A DNA stretch of 64,000 nt from Acetivibrionales bacterium (GCA_050952225.1 JBMNKL010000001.1:814589-878588), one strand, 5' to 3'; positions 50,049 through 59,182 are shown, numbered from the stretch's first letter. Numbers and translations are program-made. Notes: generated by a model from the letters alone, not told the origin.

Positions 50049-50846
50049 TCAGACCGCCCTGATGTCTCTTTTTGAAAACAATACGAAACCTGCTGCCAGG
50101 CATGCAACAACAATTGCGATGTTGATGGCAACGAATTTCGAGTCGTATGCAGAATTTGCGATTATTGATACCGGATCATAATACTTGAACGGTACAAGGT
50201 ACCTTGCTTTTTCAGCATTTATGGCTTCACCGATCATTCCAAGTAGGAAAAATCCCAGGACGATCCCGTTCGACACTCCCGCAACCGATTTTATGCGCTG
50301 GAAAATAGCGGCTGCCAGTATACCTATGACGTAGAACGTCAATGCAATGAATAAAATGACTAAAGACAGCATCAGGTAAAGCTTATTGTTCAATGGACCG
50401 CCGCTTGCCAGCCCGATTATGATCCGGATCGCACCTATGGCTGCGGCATCTGTAGCCAGGAGCAAAACCAGGCCGGAAAGAAGCTTGGAAGTCATGATCC
50501 GAAGTCTTGAAACCGGCTTTGTCATCAGGAAATCAGCGGTTTTCCCTGTGAATTCTTTTGAGATGATCGATATGCCCAGCATCATCGCCTGTATTGCGCC
50601 CAGGAGGATTATATAGTTGAGAATAAGGCCGTAATAGCCTATCGGGGTAAAAATTAAATCAACATCAAAGCCCAATGCTTTCAGGAATTCAGGAGGAAAT
50701 CCCGCCATTAACTTTTTTACCGCTTCGCCGCTTTCCTTAAAAGCGGGATAAACTCCCAGGAAAACGGCTGATACCAGGATCATTGAAAAAGTCCATGATA
50801 CGGCCGACCTGATGCCTGATTTTAACTCGTGTTTGAAAATATTCAT
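50049..50846 (-). CDS. ABC-2 family transporter permease
   Basis: 265-aa 6-TM ORF, paralogous in layout to the downstream permease. Its start overlaps the ATPase stop by 1 nt. Confidence 0.72.
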   Translation of the reverse strand: MNIFKHELKSGIRSAVSWTFSMILVSAVFLGVYPAFKESGEAVKKLMAGFPPEFLKALGFDVDLIFTPIGYYGLILNYIILLGAIQAMMLGISIISKEFTGKTADFLMTKPVSRLRIMTSKLLSGLVLLLATDAAAIGAIRIIIGLASGGPLNNKLYLMLSLVILFIALTFYVIGILAAAIFQRIKSVAGVSNGIVLGFFLLGMIGEAINAEKARYLVPFKYYDPVSIIANSAYDSKFVAINIAIVVACLAAGFVLFSKRDIRAV

Positions 50847-51736
50847 CAGCCCCCTTCCTCCTTCTCATAATAATGCATGAATACTTCTTCAAGGGTAGGT
50901 TCCTCAATCCATATATTTTCAAGATCGGCTTCTGCGATTTTCCTGATCACGCTGTTCATGGAGCCTTTGTACATGAAGCTGGCTGTATTGCCCTCCAGCC
51001 TTATATCGCTTGCTCCCTTCATGTCAAAAAATGACGAATCTACCGGTGTCCTCAATTCAATCCTGAACTTTTTGCATGTATCCTCTGTCAACGCACTTAC
51101 TTTCTCCACCTTGACAATCCTGCCTTCCTTGATGATGGCGACACGGTGGCAGAGTTTCTGCACTTCTCCCAGGATATGTGATGAAAACAGCACTGTGGCG
51201 CCCTTCCTGTTTTCCTCGCGAATCAGGTCAAAGAATTTCTTTTGCATGAGCGGATCCAGGCCGCTTGTAGGCTCGTCAAGGATGATAAGCCTGGGCTCGT
51301 GGAGGAGTCCCTGCACTATGCCAACCTTCTTCCTGTTTCCAAGAGAAAGGTCGGCAATCTTCCTGTTAAGGTCAAGATCCATTATTTCGGCAAGTTCCCG
51401 AATTCTTTTTGTACAGTCTTTGCTGTAAAAACTTGCGGAGTACTTCAAAAGGTCCCACACCTTCATGTTGTCATAATAGGAAATTTCAGAGGGCATGTAC
51501 CCTATATCTTTTGCTATCTCGGGTGCGTGCCTGATGCAATCCTTGCCGAATATTGAGGCATTCCCGGATGTCGGGAAAATGAGTGCCAGCAGCAACCTTA
51601 TGGTGGTTGACTTTCCTGCGCCGTTCGGACCGATGAACCCGAATATTTCACCTTCTTCGACATCGAAGCTGACATCGATGATGCCCCTGGATTTACCGTA
51701 ATACTTGGTAAGGTTCCTGATTTCAATAACATTCAT
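50846..51736 (-). CDS. ABC transporter ATP-binding protein
   Basis: Walker A GPNGAGKST, signature LSLGNRKKV, Walker B LILDEPTSGLD. Overlaps the tetR stop by 4 nt. Confidence 0.92.
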   Translation of the reverse strand: MNVIEIRNLTKYYGKSRGIIDVSFDVEEGEIFGFIGPNGAGKSTTIRLLLALIFPTSGNASIFGKDCIRHAPEIAKDIGYMPSEISYYDNMKVWDLLKYSASFYSKDCTKRIRELAEIMDLDLNRKIADLSLGNRKKVGIVQGLLHEPRLIILDEPTSGLDPLMQKKFFDLIREENRKGATVLFSSHILGEVQKLCHRVAIIKEGRIVKVEKVSALTEDTCKKFRIELRTPVDSSFFDMKGASDIRLEGNTASFMYKGSMNSVIRKIAEADLENIWIEEPTLEEVFMHYYEKEEGG

Positions 51737-52368
51737 TTTTCCTGGCCTCCCTCGTAAAACAATGATTCAAGCAATTTCATAAATTCCCCGCAACGGAGGG
51801 AAATAGCGTTGTAATCTGGTTTAATGTTCATTAGCCGGTATTTGTTAAGTTCGCTGCGGACAATACCCTCCGTAACCCACGTAATAATTTCAAGCGCTTT
51901 TTCAAGATCAAGCCCTTGCCGGAAACCTGACAGGTCGGTGTTTTTAAAAAGCTCGGCCATGTTTGCGCCCAGAGCATCAATGCCGCGTTTTTCGATTTCG
52001 GCGCGAATTTCAGTTGATGTCTCCATGTGTGCGGCTTGCATGAATTCAAAAAGCTTTTCATATTTGCTCATAAGTCCCATCTTTATTTTTGTGACTTGCG
52101 CTATGATAGCGAAGAGCCCGCGCTCTTTCCTGTCAAGCTTGCCGTTAATCTCGTCGGCCACGATTTTAATTCCGTAATCGAACAGGAACAAGAATAATTT
52201 TTTCTTGCTTCTAAAGTAATGAAACAGCAGCCCCTTCGATATTCCTGCCTTCTTTACGATTTCATTGGTCGACGCCTTTTCGTAGCCCCTAAGTGCAAAC
52301 TCGCCCATTGCTGCATTTATGATTCTTTCCCTTTTTTCCGGTTCCAGGCTTTTTAATTTCTCAATCAT
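51733..52368 (-). CDS. TetR/AcrR-family transcriptional regulator
   Basis: N-terminal HTH ASTNEIVKKAGISKGLLFHYFRSKKKL. First gene of the operon. Confidence 0.87.
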   Translation of the reverse strand: MIEKLKSLEPEKRERIINAAMGEFALRGYEKASTNEIVKKAGISKGLLFHYFRSKKKLFLFLFDYGIKIVADEINGKLDRKERGLFAIIAQVTKIKMGLMSKYEKLFEFMQAAHMETSTEIRAEIEKRGIDALGANMAELFKNTDLSGFRQGLDLEKALEIITWVTEGIVRSELNKYRLMNIKPDYNAISLRCGEFMKLLESLFYEGGQEK

Positions 52369-52474
52369 TCCTATACCGCCATTTTCATATTTATTACTTA
52401 TATTGCGTTTTCACTCCGTATGCTCTGTCGGCGCATGCACTCCGCAAATCCTCACCAAGCTTTTCATTAACGTA

Positions 52475-52528
52475 ATTGACCAGCCTGGTCAATTAGTATT
52501 ATAATACAGATTGACCACATTGGTCAAT
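52475..52528. promoter_or_regulatory. Two identical-architecture palindromic operators flanking a shared palindromic -10 region (TetR operator/bidirectional promoter)
   Basis: O1 ATTGACCA-gcc-TGGTCAAT (52475-52493) and O2 ATTGACCA-cat-TGGTCAAT (52510-52528). Between them is gtattataatac. TTGACC - 18 nt - TATAAT can be read on both strands. Confidence 0.7.
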
Positions 52529-52874
52529 ACTCTGCGTGTTCATACCTGATAAACTTTCCGCAATGGGCTCTTCCGGGAAAAGAACATCTGCCTCAATGTA
52601 TATATTAAAAAAACACATAAAAAACACTTAACACCAGTCCATAAGAACAGTGTTCGATACGGCAGCCAGATGCATATCACACGAATGGCTGGGTTAGATA
52701 TATGGATTTGAGTGGTATGTATAGAATATAGAATGTACCAGAAGATTAATAGAAGACAATGTGCTTTTCATGATGAGGATGTCATAGGGCGGGGCGTGCA
52801 TGAAAAATTGCATGCAATGATTGACACCAGAGGTTTTTGGCGCCGAATAAAAAGAAACCGGAGGGAGAAGAATT

Positions 52875-53174
52875 ATGAGCAGCTTAACCTTTAACGAGGC
52901 AAAGAAAAGGCATTTTCAAACATTGAAACAGTATGTGCCGGTTGTTGACAGGGTTCATGGAGATAGTCACCCGGAATTTCATGCCGTTCGCGAACTGTTT
53001 GATGCCATAATGGATAAAACAAAAGAATCAGGTGCAAAAAAACCTGATTTAGATGAAGAGTTTGCCAGGTTGCGTGAAGTGACCAATAATTACACAGTAC
53101 CCGCAGATGTGTGCGAAAGCTATGAAGCTGTGTATAAAATGCTGGCTGAACTGGACGATGCATATCATGCCTGA
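52875..53174 (+). CDS. Small RIC/hemerythrin-like helical protein (99 aa)
   Basis: RBS GGAGGGAG 8 nt upstream. VDRVHGDSHPEFHAVRELF and TNNYTVPADVCESYEAVYKMLAELD resemble the central helices of ScdA/YtfE-type di-iron (RIC) domains. The first and last His/Glu-bearing helices appear to be missing. Confidence 0.45.
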   Translation: MSSLTFNEAKKRHFQTLKQYVPVVDRVHGDSHPEFHAVRELFDAIMDKTKESGAKKPDLDEEFARLREVTNNYTVPADVCESYEAVYKMLAELDDAYHA

Positions 53175-53202
53175 CTGATATAACAAGGAAGAAGGTGAGA
53201 AT

Positions 53203-55053
53203 TTGCAGAGGTTTATTCTGAGCAGGAAAAATCACATAGCTTTGATCGGAGCTGTTTTGATTGCTATTGGATTTATCAGCAAATTGGGTTTTAAAAATGA
53301 AGCCGCGGCTGTTTTGTCTTTTGCCATTGCCTCAATTTTAGGGGTTTTTCCTATTGCAATCCAAGCCTACCAGGCATTGAAGGTAAAAGTAGTCAGCATC
53401 GATGTTTTGGTAACCGTCGCTGTAATTGGGGCATTTTTAATTAATAACCTTGAAGAATCAGCAATTGTCACCTTCTTGTTCCTGTTCGGTGCCTTTCTGG
53501 AACAACGGACATTAAACAAGACGCGTTCAGCCATTAAAGAGTTGACGGAAATGGCACCGGAAAGCGCCCTTAAGCAAATGGAAAACGGCGAATTTGAAGA
53601 AGTGGAAGTCGATGATGTTGACGCGGGCGATATATTACTGGTAAAAACGGGTGCAAAGATTCCTGTCGACGGAACCGTTCTGTCAGGGGAAGGGTACATT
53701 AATGAGGCGAGTATTACAGGAGAATCTGTCCCTGTTGGGAAAGAGAAGGGTTCGGGCGTATATGCCGGAACAATTTTGGAAAACGGGACGCTTCAGATTG
53801 TTGCCGAGCGTGTAGGCGAAGATACTACTTTTGGCAAAATTATCGAGTTGGTTGAAGAAGCGCAGGATTCAAAATCTAAAGCCGAACGTTTCATTGACAG
53901 GTTTTCAAAATATTACACACCCGCAGTCCTGGTGCTTGCCATTATTGTATGGTTGTTCTCACGGCACATTGAGCTGGCCATAACAATCCTGGTTCTTGGA
54001 TGCCCCGGTGCGCTGGTTATCGGTGTGCCTGTTTCAAACGCGGCGGGCATTGGCAACGGGGCAAGGCATGGTGTTCTCTTAAAAGGCAGTGAAGTCATTG
54101 GCGATTTTAGTAAAGTTGATACAATCGTTTTCGACAAAACGGGTACACTGACAATCGGCAATCCCAAGGTAGCCGACAAAGAATTCTACACAGACGACAC
54201 TGAAAAAATACTGGCCTATCTTGCAAGCGTTGAAAATGAATCGGACCATCCCCTGGCAAATGCCGTAGTGGAATACACCGGAACTGCATCATTATATCCG
54301 GTTGAAAAGACGGATGTTGTAAAGGGAGGCGGAATTGTTGCATATGTAGACGGACATAGGGTTGCGGTCGGCAATGTTGCGCTAATGGAACGGGAGAAAG
54401 TTCATATATCTGAAAAAGCCCGGGCAGATATCGCCCGGTTTGAAGAGAACGGAAACTCACTCGTTTTAACATCCGTTGACGGTGAATTAAAGGCGCTGAT
54501 GGGTGTGCGTGACCAGGTTCGTCCGGGTGTAAAAGAAGATCTGCAAAAATTAAAGAGATTAGGCGTTAAAAACCTGGTGGTTTTATCCGGGGACAACCAG
54601 GGGACCGTTGACCTGGTGGCGCGCGAGCTGGGACTGACAGAAGCCCACGGGCATATGTTGCCGGAAGATAAATCAGCATATATTGAGGACCTGAAAGCGA
54701 AAGGCCACATTGTTGCATTTGTCGGAGACGGTGTAAATGACAGCCCTTCGCTTGCGTTGGCACAAATCGGAATTGCCATGGGAGGTGGTACTGATGTCGC
54801 AATAGAAACTTCGGATGTCGTCCTGATGAATTCGGATTTCAGCCGTTTGCCCCATGCGCTGGGATTAACAAAAGCAATAGCGAATAATATGCGCCAGAAT
54901 ATTTTTATAGCAGTAGGTGTTGTGTTATTCCTGCTGGGAAGTGTATTTTTTAGTGAATGGATGAACATGTCGATAGGCATGCTTGCGCACGAGTCAAGTA
55001 TATTGGTCGTAATTTTAAACGGAATGCGGCTTCTGCGCTACAGATTAAGATAA
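53203..55053 (+). CDS. Heavy-metal-translocating P1B-type ATPase lacking an N-terminal metal-binding domain
   Basis: ITGESVPV (TGES), FDKTGTLT, GDGVNDSP and HESSILVVILNGMRLL. The transmembrane metal motif reads GCPGALV instead of CPC/SPC. TTG start after GAAGGTGAG. Confidence 0.9.
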   Translation: MQRFILSRKNHIALIGAVLIAIGFISKLGFKNEAAAVLSFAIASILGVFPIAIQAYQALKVKVVSIDVLVTVAVIGAFLINNLEESAIVTFLFLFGAFLEQRTLNKTRSAIKELTEMAPESALKQMENGEFEEVEVDDVDAGDILLVKTGAKIPVDGTVLSGEGYINEASITGESVPVGKEKGSGVYAGTILENGTLQIVAERVGEDTTFGKIIELVEEAQDSKSKAERFIDRFSKYYTPAVLVLAIIVWLFSRHIELAITILVLGCPGALVIGVPVSNAAGIGNGARHGVLLKGSEVIGDFSKVDTIVFDKTGTLTIGNPKVADKEFYTDDTEKILAYLASVENESDHPLANAVVEYTGTASLYPVEKTDVVKGGGIVAYVDGHRVAVGNVALMEREKVHISEKARADIARFEENGNSLVLTSVDGELKALMGVRDQVRPGVKEDLQKLKRLGVKNLVVLSGDNQGTVDLVARELGLTEAHGHMLPEDKSAYIEDLKAKGHIVAFVGDGVNDSPSLALAQIGIAMGGGTDVAIETSDVVLMNSDFSRLPHALGLTKAIANNMRQNIFIAVGVVLFLLGSVFFSEWMNMSIGMLAHESSILVVILNGMRLLRYRLR

Positions 55054-55073
55054 CAGGATAAGGAGAGATGAAA

Positions 55074-55307
55074 ATGCAAAAAGCAACGATACAACTGGAA
55101 ACCTTGGTTTGCCCGTCATGCGTTCAAAAGGTTGAAAACGCAGCAAAATCCCTGGACGGCGTTGAAAAAGATAGTGTAAAGGTGTTGTTTAACTCGAGCA
55201 AAGTAAAATTTGACTTTGATGAGGAAAAGGTATCCGTTGAGGATGTGGAGAAAGCTATTACCGCACTCGGATACGTTGTTGTAAAATCTCAAGTTAAATC
55301 AAAGTAG
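55074..55307 (+). CDS. Heavy-metal-associated (HMA/CopZ-like) domain protein
   Basis: 77 aa with CPSC metal-binding motif in LETLVCPSCVQKVENA and a ferredoxin-like HMA pattern. The ATG at 55074 is 7 nt after AAGGAGA. Confidence 0.8.
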   Translation: MQKATIQLETLVCPSCVQKVENAAKSLDGVEKDSVKVLFNSSKVKFDFDEEKVSVEDVEKAITALGYVVVKSQVKSK

Positions 55308-55356
55308 CACGAACCCATCCATTCCGGTGTGGGTTTGCATCTTAAGGCAAGAGAGT

Positions 55357-55385
55357 TTGAAGGATGAGGATTAGTCTGCTATAAT
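55357..55385 (+). promoter_or_regulatory. Sigma-A promoter for the radical SAM gene
   Basis: TTGAAG - 17 nt - TATAAT. Confidence 0.6.
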
Positions 55386-55447
55386 AGAACGAAAATTGCT
55401 ATAAAGCGCAGTTTTTATTCTGAGTGAGTAATTACATTGGAAGAGCT

Positions 55448-56701
55448 ATGAGTATACTGGCAGACTTAACAAGAATGTGGCTGACTCGCAGAGTGCAGCC
55501 ATTTACTTTTAAAAATGAAAGTTATGAAAGGCTTCCGTTTTCAGAGTGTGAAGATCTTGGACTGTACATTCACATACCGTTTTGTGAAAGTATTTGCAGT
55601 TTTTGTCCATACTGCAAAGTCAAATATTCAAAAGAACTATGCGATCGTTACCTGGATGCTTTGATTCATGAAATTCGCCTTGTGGGAGGTCAGTCCGACG
55701 GAAAGAAAAAAGTTACAAGCCTCTATTTCGGCGGCGGCACGCCTGCTCTTGCTGCAGACAGGATACATGAAGTTATTGAAGCAGTCCGTGAGCATTTTGA
55801 GATCACGGAAGGTATCGGCGCAGAACTGCATCCGGACAATGTTACGGTTCCGACCTTGCAGGTATTGAAAGCTTCAGGTGTTACTAAAATAAGTATCGGG
55901 GTCCAATCTTTTCAGGAGAAATACCAGGATGTTCTCGGACGCAAAACAGTCGATAAGACAGCAATGGCAAAGGCTCTTTCCGCAGTTCCTTTTGAAACGG
56001 TTTCAATGGACTTTATTTTTGCGCTTCCCGGGCAAACTTTTGAAGACTTAAAAAAGGATATTGATACTGCCTTTGAAAATGGTGCAAATCATGTCGCAAT
56101 CTATCCGTTCATCGACTTCACCTTTACAAAAAGCACTGTTGCGTCTATGCCGAAGAAAGAAAAAAGAGCATTATTGGACGCTATTACCGGGTACTGCCAG
56201 GAGAAAGGCTATGAAAGAAATTCAATCTGGACTTTTTCAAAAGAAAGACATGCAAGCTATTCTTCAATGACAAGGGATAATTTCCTTGGATTCGGATGCT
56301 CTGCAACCACTCTTCTGATGGAGCAATTTAAAATCAACACTTTTTCCGTTGAGGAATACTGTAAGCGTATTGAGGCAGGAAAGCTCCCGACATCATTGAC
56401 TATTCGTTTTTCTCTTCGTCAAAGAATGGTGTATTATTTGTTCTGGAGAGCATACACCACAAGAGTGAATTCCTCTGATTTTGAAAAGTTTTTCGGCATT
56501 CCGCTGAAGAAAATGTATGGATTTGAGATATGGATAGCTAAACTGTTAGGCTTTATTGTGGAAAACAACGGAACATACAGCATGACACTGAAAGGCGCGT
56601 TTTATTATCATTACTACGAAAGTTTCTATACGCTTGCCTATATAGATAAAATGTGGGGAATCATGAGCAAAGAAGCCTTCCCCGAATGTATAAAACTATA
56701 A
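55448..56701 (+). CDS. Radical SAM protein, HemN/HemW (coproporphyrinogen III oxidase-like) family
   Basis: CESICSFCPYC (CxxxCxxC), SLYFGGGTP, and a HemN-like C-terminal domain. The start is uncertain (ATG 55448, or GTG 55424 as in the track). Confidence 0.8.
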   Translation: MSILADLTRMWLTRRVQPFTFKNESYERLPFSECEDLGLYIHIPFCESICSFCPYCKVKYSKELCDRYLDALIHEIRLVGGQSDGKKKVTSLYFGGGTPALAADRIHEVIEAVREHFEITEGIGAELHPDNVTVPTLQVLKASGVTKISIGVQSFQEKYQDVLGRKTVDKTAMAKALSAVPFETVSMDFIFALPGQTFEDLKKDIDTAFENGANHVAIYPFIDFTFTKSTVASMPKKEKRALLDAITGYCQEKGYERNSIWTFSKERHASYSSMTRDNFLGFGCSATTLLMEQFKINTFSVEEYCKRIEAGKLPTSLTIRFSLRQRMVYYLFWRAYTTRVNSSDFEKFFGIPLKKMYGFEIWIAKLLGFIVENNGTYSMTLKGAFYYHYYESFYTLAYIDKMWGIMSKEAFPECIKL

Positions 56702-56713
56702 GATTTAACATGC

Positions 56714-56740
56714 TTAAAGCCGGAGACGGGCCGGCTTTAA
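56714..56740 (+). terminator. Hairpin after the radical SAM gene (no clear U-tract)
   Basis: Perfect 10-bp stem ttaaagccgg-agacggg-ccggctttaa. Confidence 0.4.
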
Positions 56741-56752
56741 GAAAAGAGACAG

Positions 56753-56781
56753 TTGTAATAAATAAAAGTTCATGGTAAAAT
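56753..56781 (+). promoter_or_regulatory. Sigma-A promoter for the riboswitch-opp transcript
   Basis: TTGTAA - 17 nt - TAAAAT, with TGg giving an extended -10. Confidence 0.6.
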
Positions 56782-56844
56782 ATCTATGTATTTTCTGATT
56801 TAATAGCTCTATGCGAATAATTATAAGACTGTTGTCTTAAAATT

Positions 56845-56992
56845 AGAGCGCCGAATTCTATAAGAAGTGGGGGAACCAATTTTGGGGTGAATCATTCCCG
56901 GGCGCTGCGATCTAATAATGCTGTTGCCCGGGGGGTGTAGGGTTACCTCTTCAGCCCAAACCCGTCAGCTAACCTCACAGGCGTAGGAGAGG
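56845..56992 (+). promoter_or_regulatory. c-di-AMP riboswitch (ydaO-yuaA class) aptamer
   Basis: Contains the hallmark blocks GCGCCGAAUUC...GUGGGGGAACCAAUUUUGGGGUGAAUC...GUAGGGUUACCU...CCCAAACCCGUCAGCUAACCUCACAGGCGUAGGAGAGGAG. P1 pairs gcgcc (56848-52) with ggcgt (56980-84). The block order matches my recollection of the B. subtilis ydaO and Thermoanaerobacter c-di-AMP aptamers. Confidence 0.82.
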
Positions 56993-57093
56993 AGATCATA
57001 GGCTGTCTATATGCCTGCAATTTTAGGTCATATATGATGTATGTTTATTTTAGCGTAAAGAAGGCTATGGTTCTCCTGTAGTCTTTTTTATTT
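56985..57093 (+). terminator. Riboswitch expression platform (interrupted terminator stem + U-run)
   Basis: aggaga (56985-90) and catag (56997-57001) pair with ctatg (57065-69) and tctcct (57072-77), followed by gtagtcttttttattt. The enclosed ~60 nt is unusually long for a terminator loop. Confidence 0.5.
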
Positions 57094-57213
57094 CGGCTCT
57101 TTGTTTTAAGCACAGAAGAGCATATTCTAAAATAGCTGACTTCACCCTATGTCCGGACAATGGGACAGCCGAGGAAATAAAACACAAATGTGGACTTTAT
57201 TAAGGGAGGCATA

Positions 57214-58185
57214 GTGTTGAACGAAGAAATCCTAAAAGTTAAAGATTTATCTGTTAATTTTCATATTGAAGACCGCGTAATTACCGCTGTCGACGGAGTC
57301 AGTTTCTCGCTCTCGAAGGGGGAAACCTTGGCACTGGTCGGGGAATCAGGCTGCGGGAAGAGTGTTACTGCCCTGTCTATTATAGGGCTGCTGCAGACTC
57401 CTCCTGCCAGGATAGCAGATGGTGAGATCCTCTTCAGGGGGGAGAACCTTTTGCGCAAAAGCCCGGAAGAAATGAGAGAGATCCGCGGGAAGGATATATC
57501 AATGATATTTCAGGAGCCTATGACATCATTAAACCCGGTGTTTACCATCGGACGACAGATTTCAGAAGTCATAATGCGGCACCAAAATTTATCAAAGAAA
57601 GAAGCGCTTTCTAAAACCATAGAGATGCTCAAGCTGGTCAGGATTCCACTGCCGGAAAAAGTAATAAGGCAATATCCCCATCAGCTAAGCGGCGGGATGA
57701 GGCAGAGGGTAATGATCGCTATAGCGCTGGCATGCGGCCCCGGGCTTCTGATTGCCGATGAACCCACCACAGCCCTTGATGTAACTGTAGAGGCTCAAAT
57801 CCTTGAATTGATTAATGAGCTTAAAGACAAGCTGAACTCTGCAATTATAATGATAAGCCATGACCTGAGAGTTGTATCGGAAATTGCTGACAAGGTTGCT
57901 GTTATGTATTCGGGCAGAATTGTTGAATATGCAGACGTGCATTCGGTTTTCAGCGAACCGAAACATCCGTATACAAGAGGGCTGATAGAAGCCGTTCCCA
58001 GTATTGATACGGACAAGCGGAAAAGGCTGAAGGAGATAAAAGGAGTTGTGCCGCTTCCTGACGAGATAAAAGAAGGCTGCAGATTTAAAACACGATGTGA
58101 TTGTGTAAGGAAAGATTGTATGGCCAAGGAGCCTCAATTTTTCAAGGTCGGATCAAATCTCGTACGCTGCTGGAATTACGCATGA
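57214..58185 (+). CDS. Opp/Dpp/Nik-type ABC transporter ATP-binding protein (OppD-like)
   Basis: GESGCGKS, LSGGMRQRV, LIADEPTTALD, and a C-terminal oligopeptide-type extension with Cys cluster (CRFKTRCDCVRKDC). Start is GTG 57214 or TTG 57217 after AGGGAGG. The track start 57190 precedes the RBS. Confidence 0.9.
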   Translation: MLNEEILKVKDLSVNFHIEDRVITAVDGVSFSLSKGETLALVGESGCGKSVTALSIIGLLQTPPARIADGEILFRGENLLRKSPEEMREIRGKDISMIFQEPMTSLNPVFTIGRQISEVIMRHQNLSKKEALSKTIEMLKLVRIPLPEKVIRQYPHQLSGGMRQRVMIAIALACGPGLLIADEPTTALDVTVEAQILELINELKDKLNSAIIMISHDLRVVSEIADKVAVMYSGRIVEYADVHSVFSEPKHPYTRGLIEAVPSIDTDKRKRLKEIKGVVPLPDEIKEGCRFKTRCDCVRKDCMAKEPQFFKVGSNLVRCWNYA

Positions 58186-58219
58186 GCTTCGCTAATGATG
58201 TGGAACCGGAGGTATAACT

Positions 58220-59182
58220 GTGTCGACAAGGATTTTGGAAGTTAAAAATTTAAAGAAATATTTCCCTGCCAAGATAACTATGTTTGGCAAAGGAACAGAG
58301 TTTGTCAAAGCGGTGGATGGAATTGATTTTCATATAAACCATGGAGAAGTGTTAGGCCTGGTGGGGGAGAGCGGGTCCGGCAAGTCCACTACAGGACGGA
58401 CTGTTCTCAGGCTGTTGGATCCAACGGAAGGCAAAATAATATTTGAGGGTCAGGATATAACGCATTTTAAGAGAAAAGAGCTTAGAACTGTTTATAAACA
58501 TATGCAGCTTGTTTTTCAGGATCCTTTTGCTTCTCTGAACCCGAGGAAAAAGGTAGGCAGCGCTATAGACGAGGTTCTAACAGTGCACGGGATGAAGGAT
58601 GAAGCACAGCGCAGGGAGACAATCCGGGAATTGTTTGATATGGTGGGGCTCAGGGGTGAGGAGAATAAATATCCCCACGAGTTCAGCGGGGGACAGCGTC
58701 AGAGGGTGGTAATCGCCCGCGCCCTGGCCGTCAATCCCAGGTTAATAATATGTGATGAGCCGGTATCAGCTCTCGATGTGTCTATCCAGGCCCAGATCAT
58801 TAATCTCATGATAAGCCTTAAAAACCGCCTGGGACTTTCATATTTATTCATATCCCACGATTTGAGGGTTGTCAAATATATGAGCGACCGCGTGGCGGTA
58901 ATGTATTCAGGCAAGATTGTAGAAACTGCGCCTGCTGAAGAATTGTTTAAAAACCCGGCACACCCTTATTCCATGGCACTGTTGTCGGTTGTCTCCGTTT
59001 CAGGCTCCGGAAAGAATAAAAAAAAGGTTTTACTGGAAGGAGAAGTGCCGAGTCCGGTTGCTCCACCGTCAGGCTGCAGGTTCAGAACGAGATGCAAGTA
59101 TGCGGCAGAACAGTGCAGTGAGGTTGAACCGCAAATCAAGCGCATAGGAGTTGATCATTATGTAAGTTGTCATTTATATTAA
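58220..59182 (+). CDS. Opp/Dpp/Nik-type ABC transporter ATP-binding protein (OppF-like)
   Basis: [29 protein letters not shown], and a C-terminal [14 protein letters not shown]. Confidence 0.9.
   Translation: MSTRILEVKNLKKYFPAKITMFGKGTEFVKAVDGIDFHINHGEVLGLVGESGSGKSTTGRTVLRLLDPTEGKIIFEGQDITHFKRKELRTVYKHMQLVFQDPFASLNPRKKVGSAIDEVLTVHGMKDEAQRRETIRELFDMVGLRGEENKYPHEFSGGQRQRVVIARALAVNPRLIICDEPVSALDVSIQAQIINLMISLKNRLGLSYLFISHDLRVVKYMSDRVAVMYSGKIVETAPAEELFKNPAHPYSMALLSVVSVSGSGKNKKKVLLEGEVPSPVAPPSGCRFRTRCKYAAEQCSEVEPQIKRIGVDHYVSCHLY

Noticed and set aside
56845-56992. I first read the leader as a possible cobalamin (or TPP) riboswitch, because of GGGAA...GGGTGAATC and the Nik-like transporter downstream.
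   Set aside because: There is no B12 box (GCCACTG / AGCCAGGAGACCTGCC) and no TPP CUGAGA/ACCTGATCTGGATAATGCCAGCG core. The block CCCGTCAGCTAACCTC...GGCGT and the duplicated GGGG(G)AACC / GGGGTGAATC halves fit the ydaO/c-di-AMP class instead.
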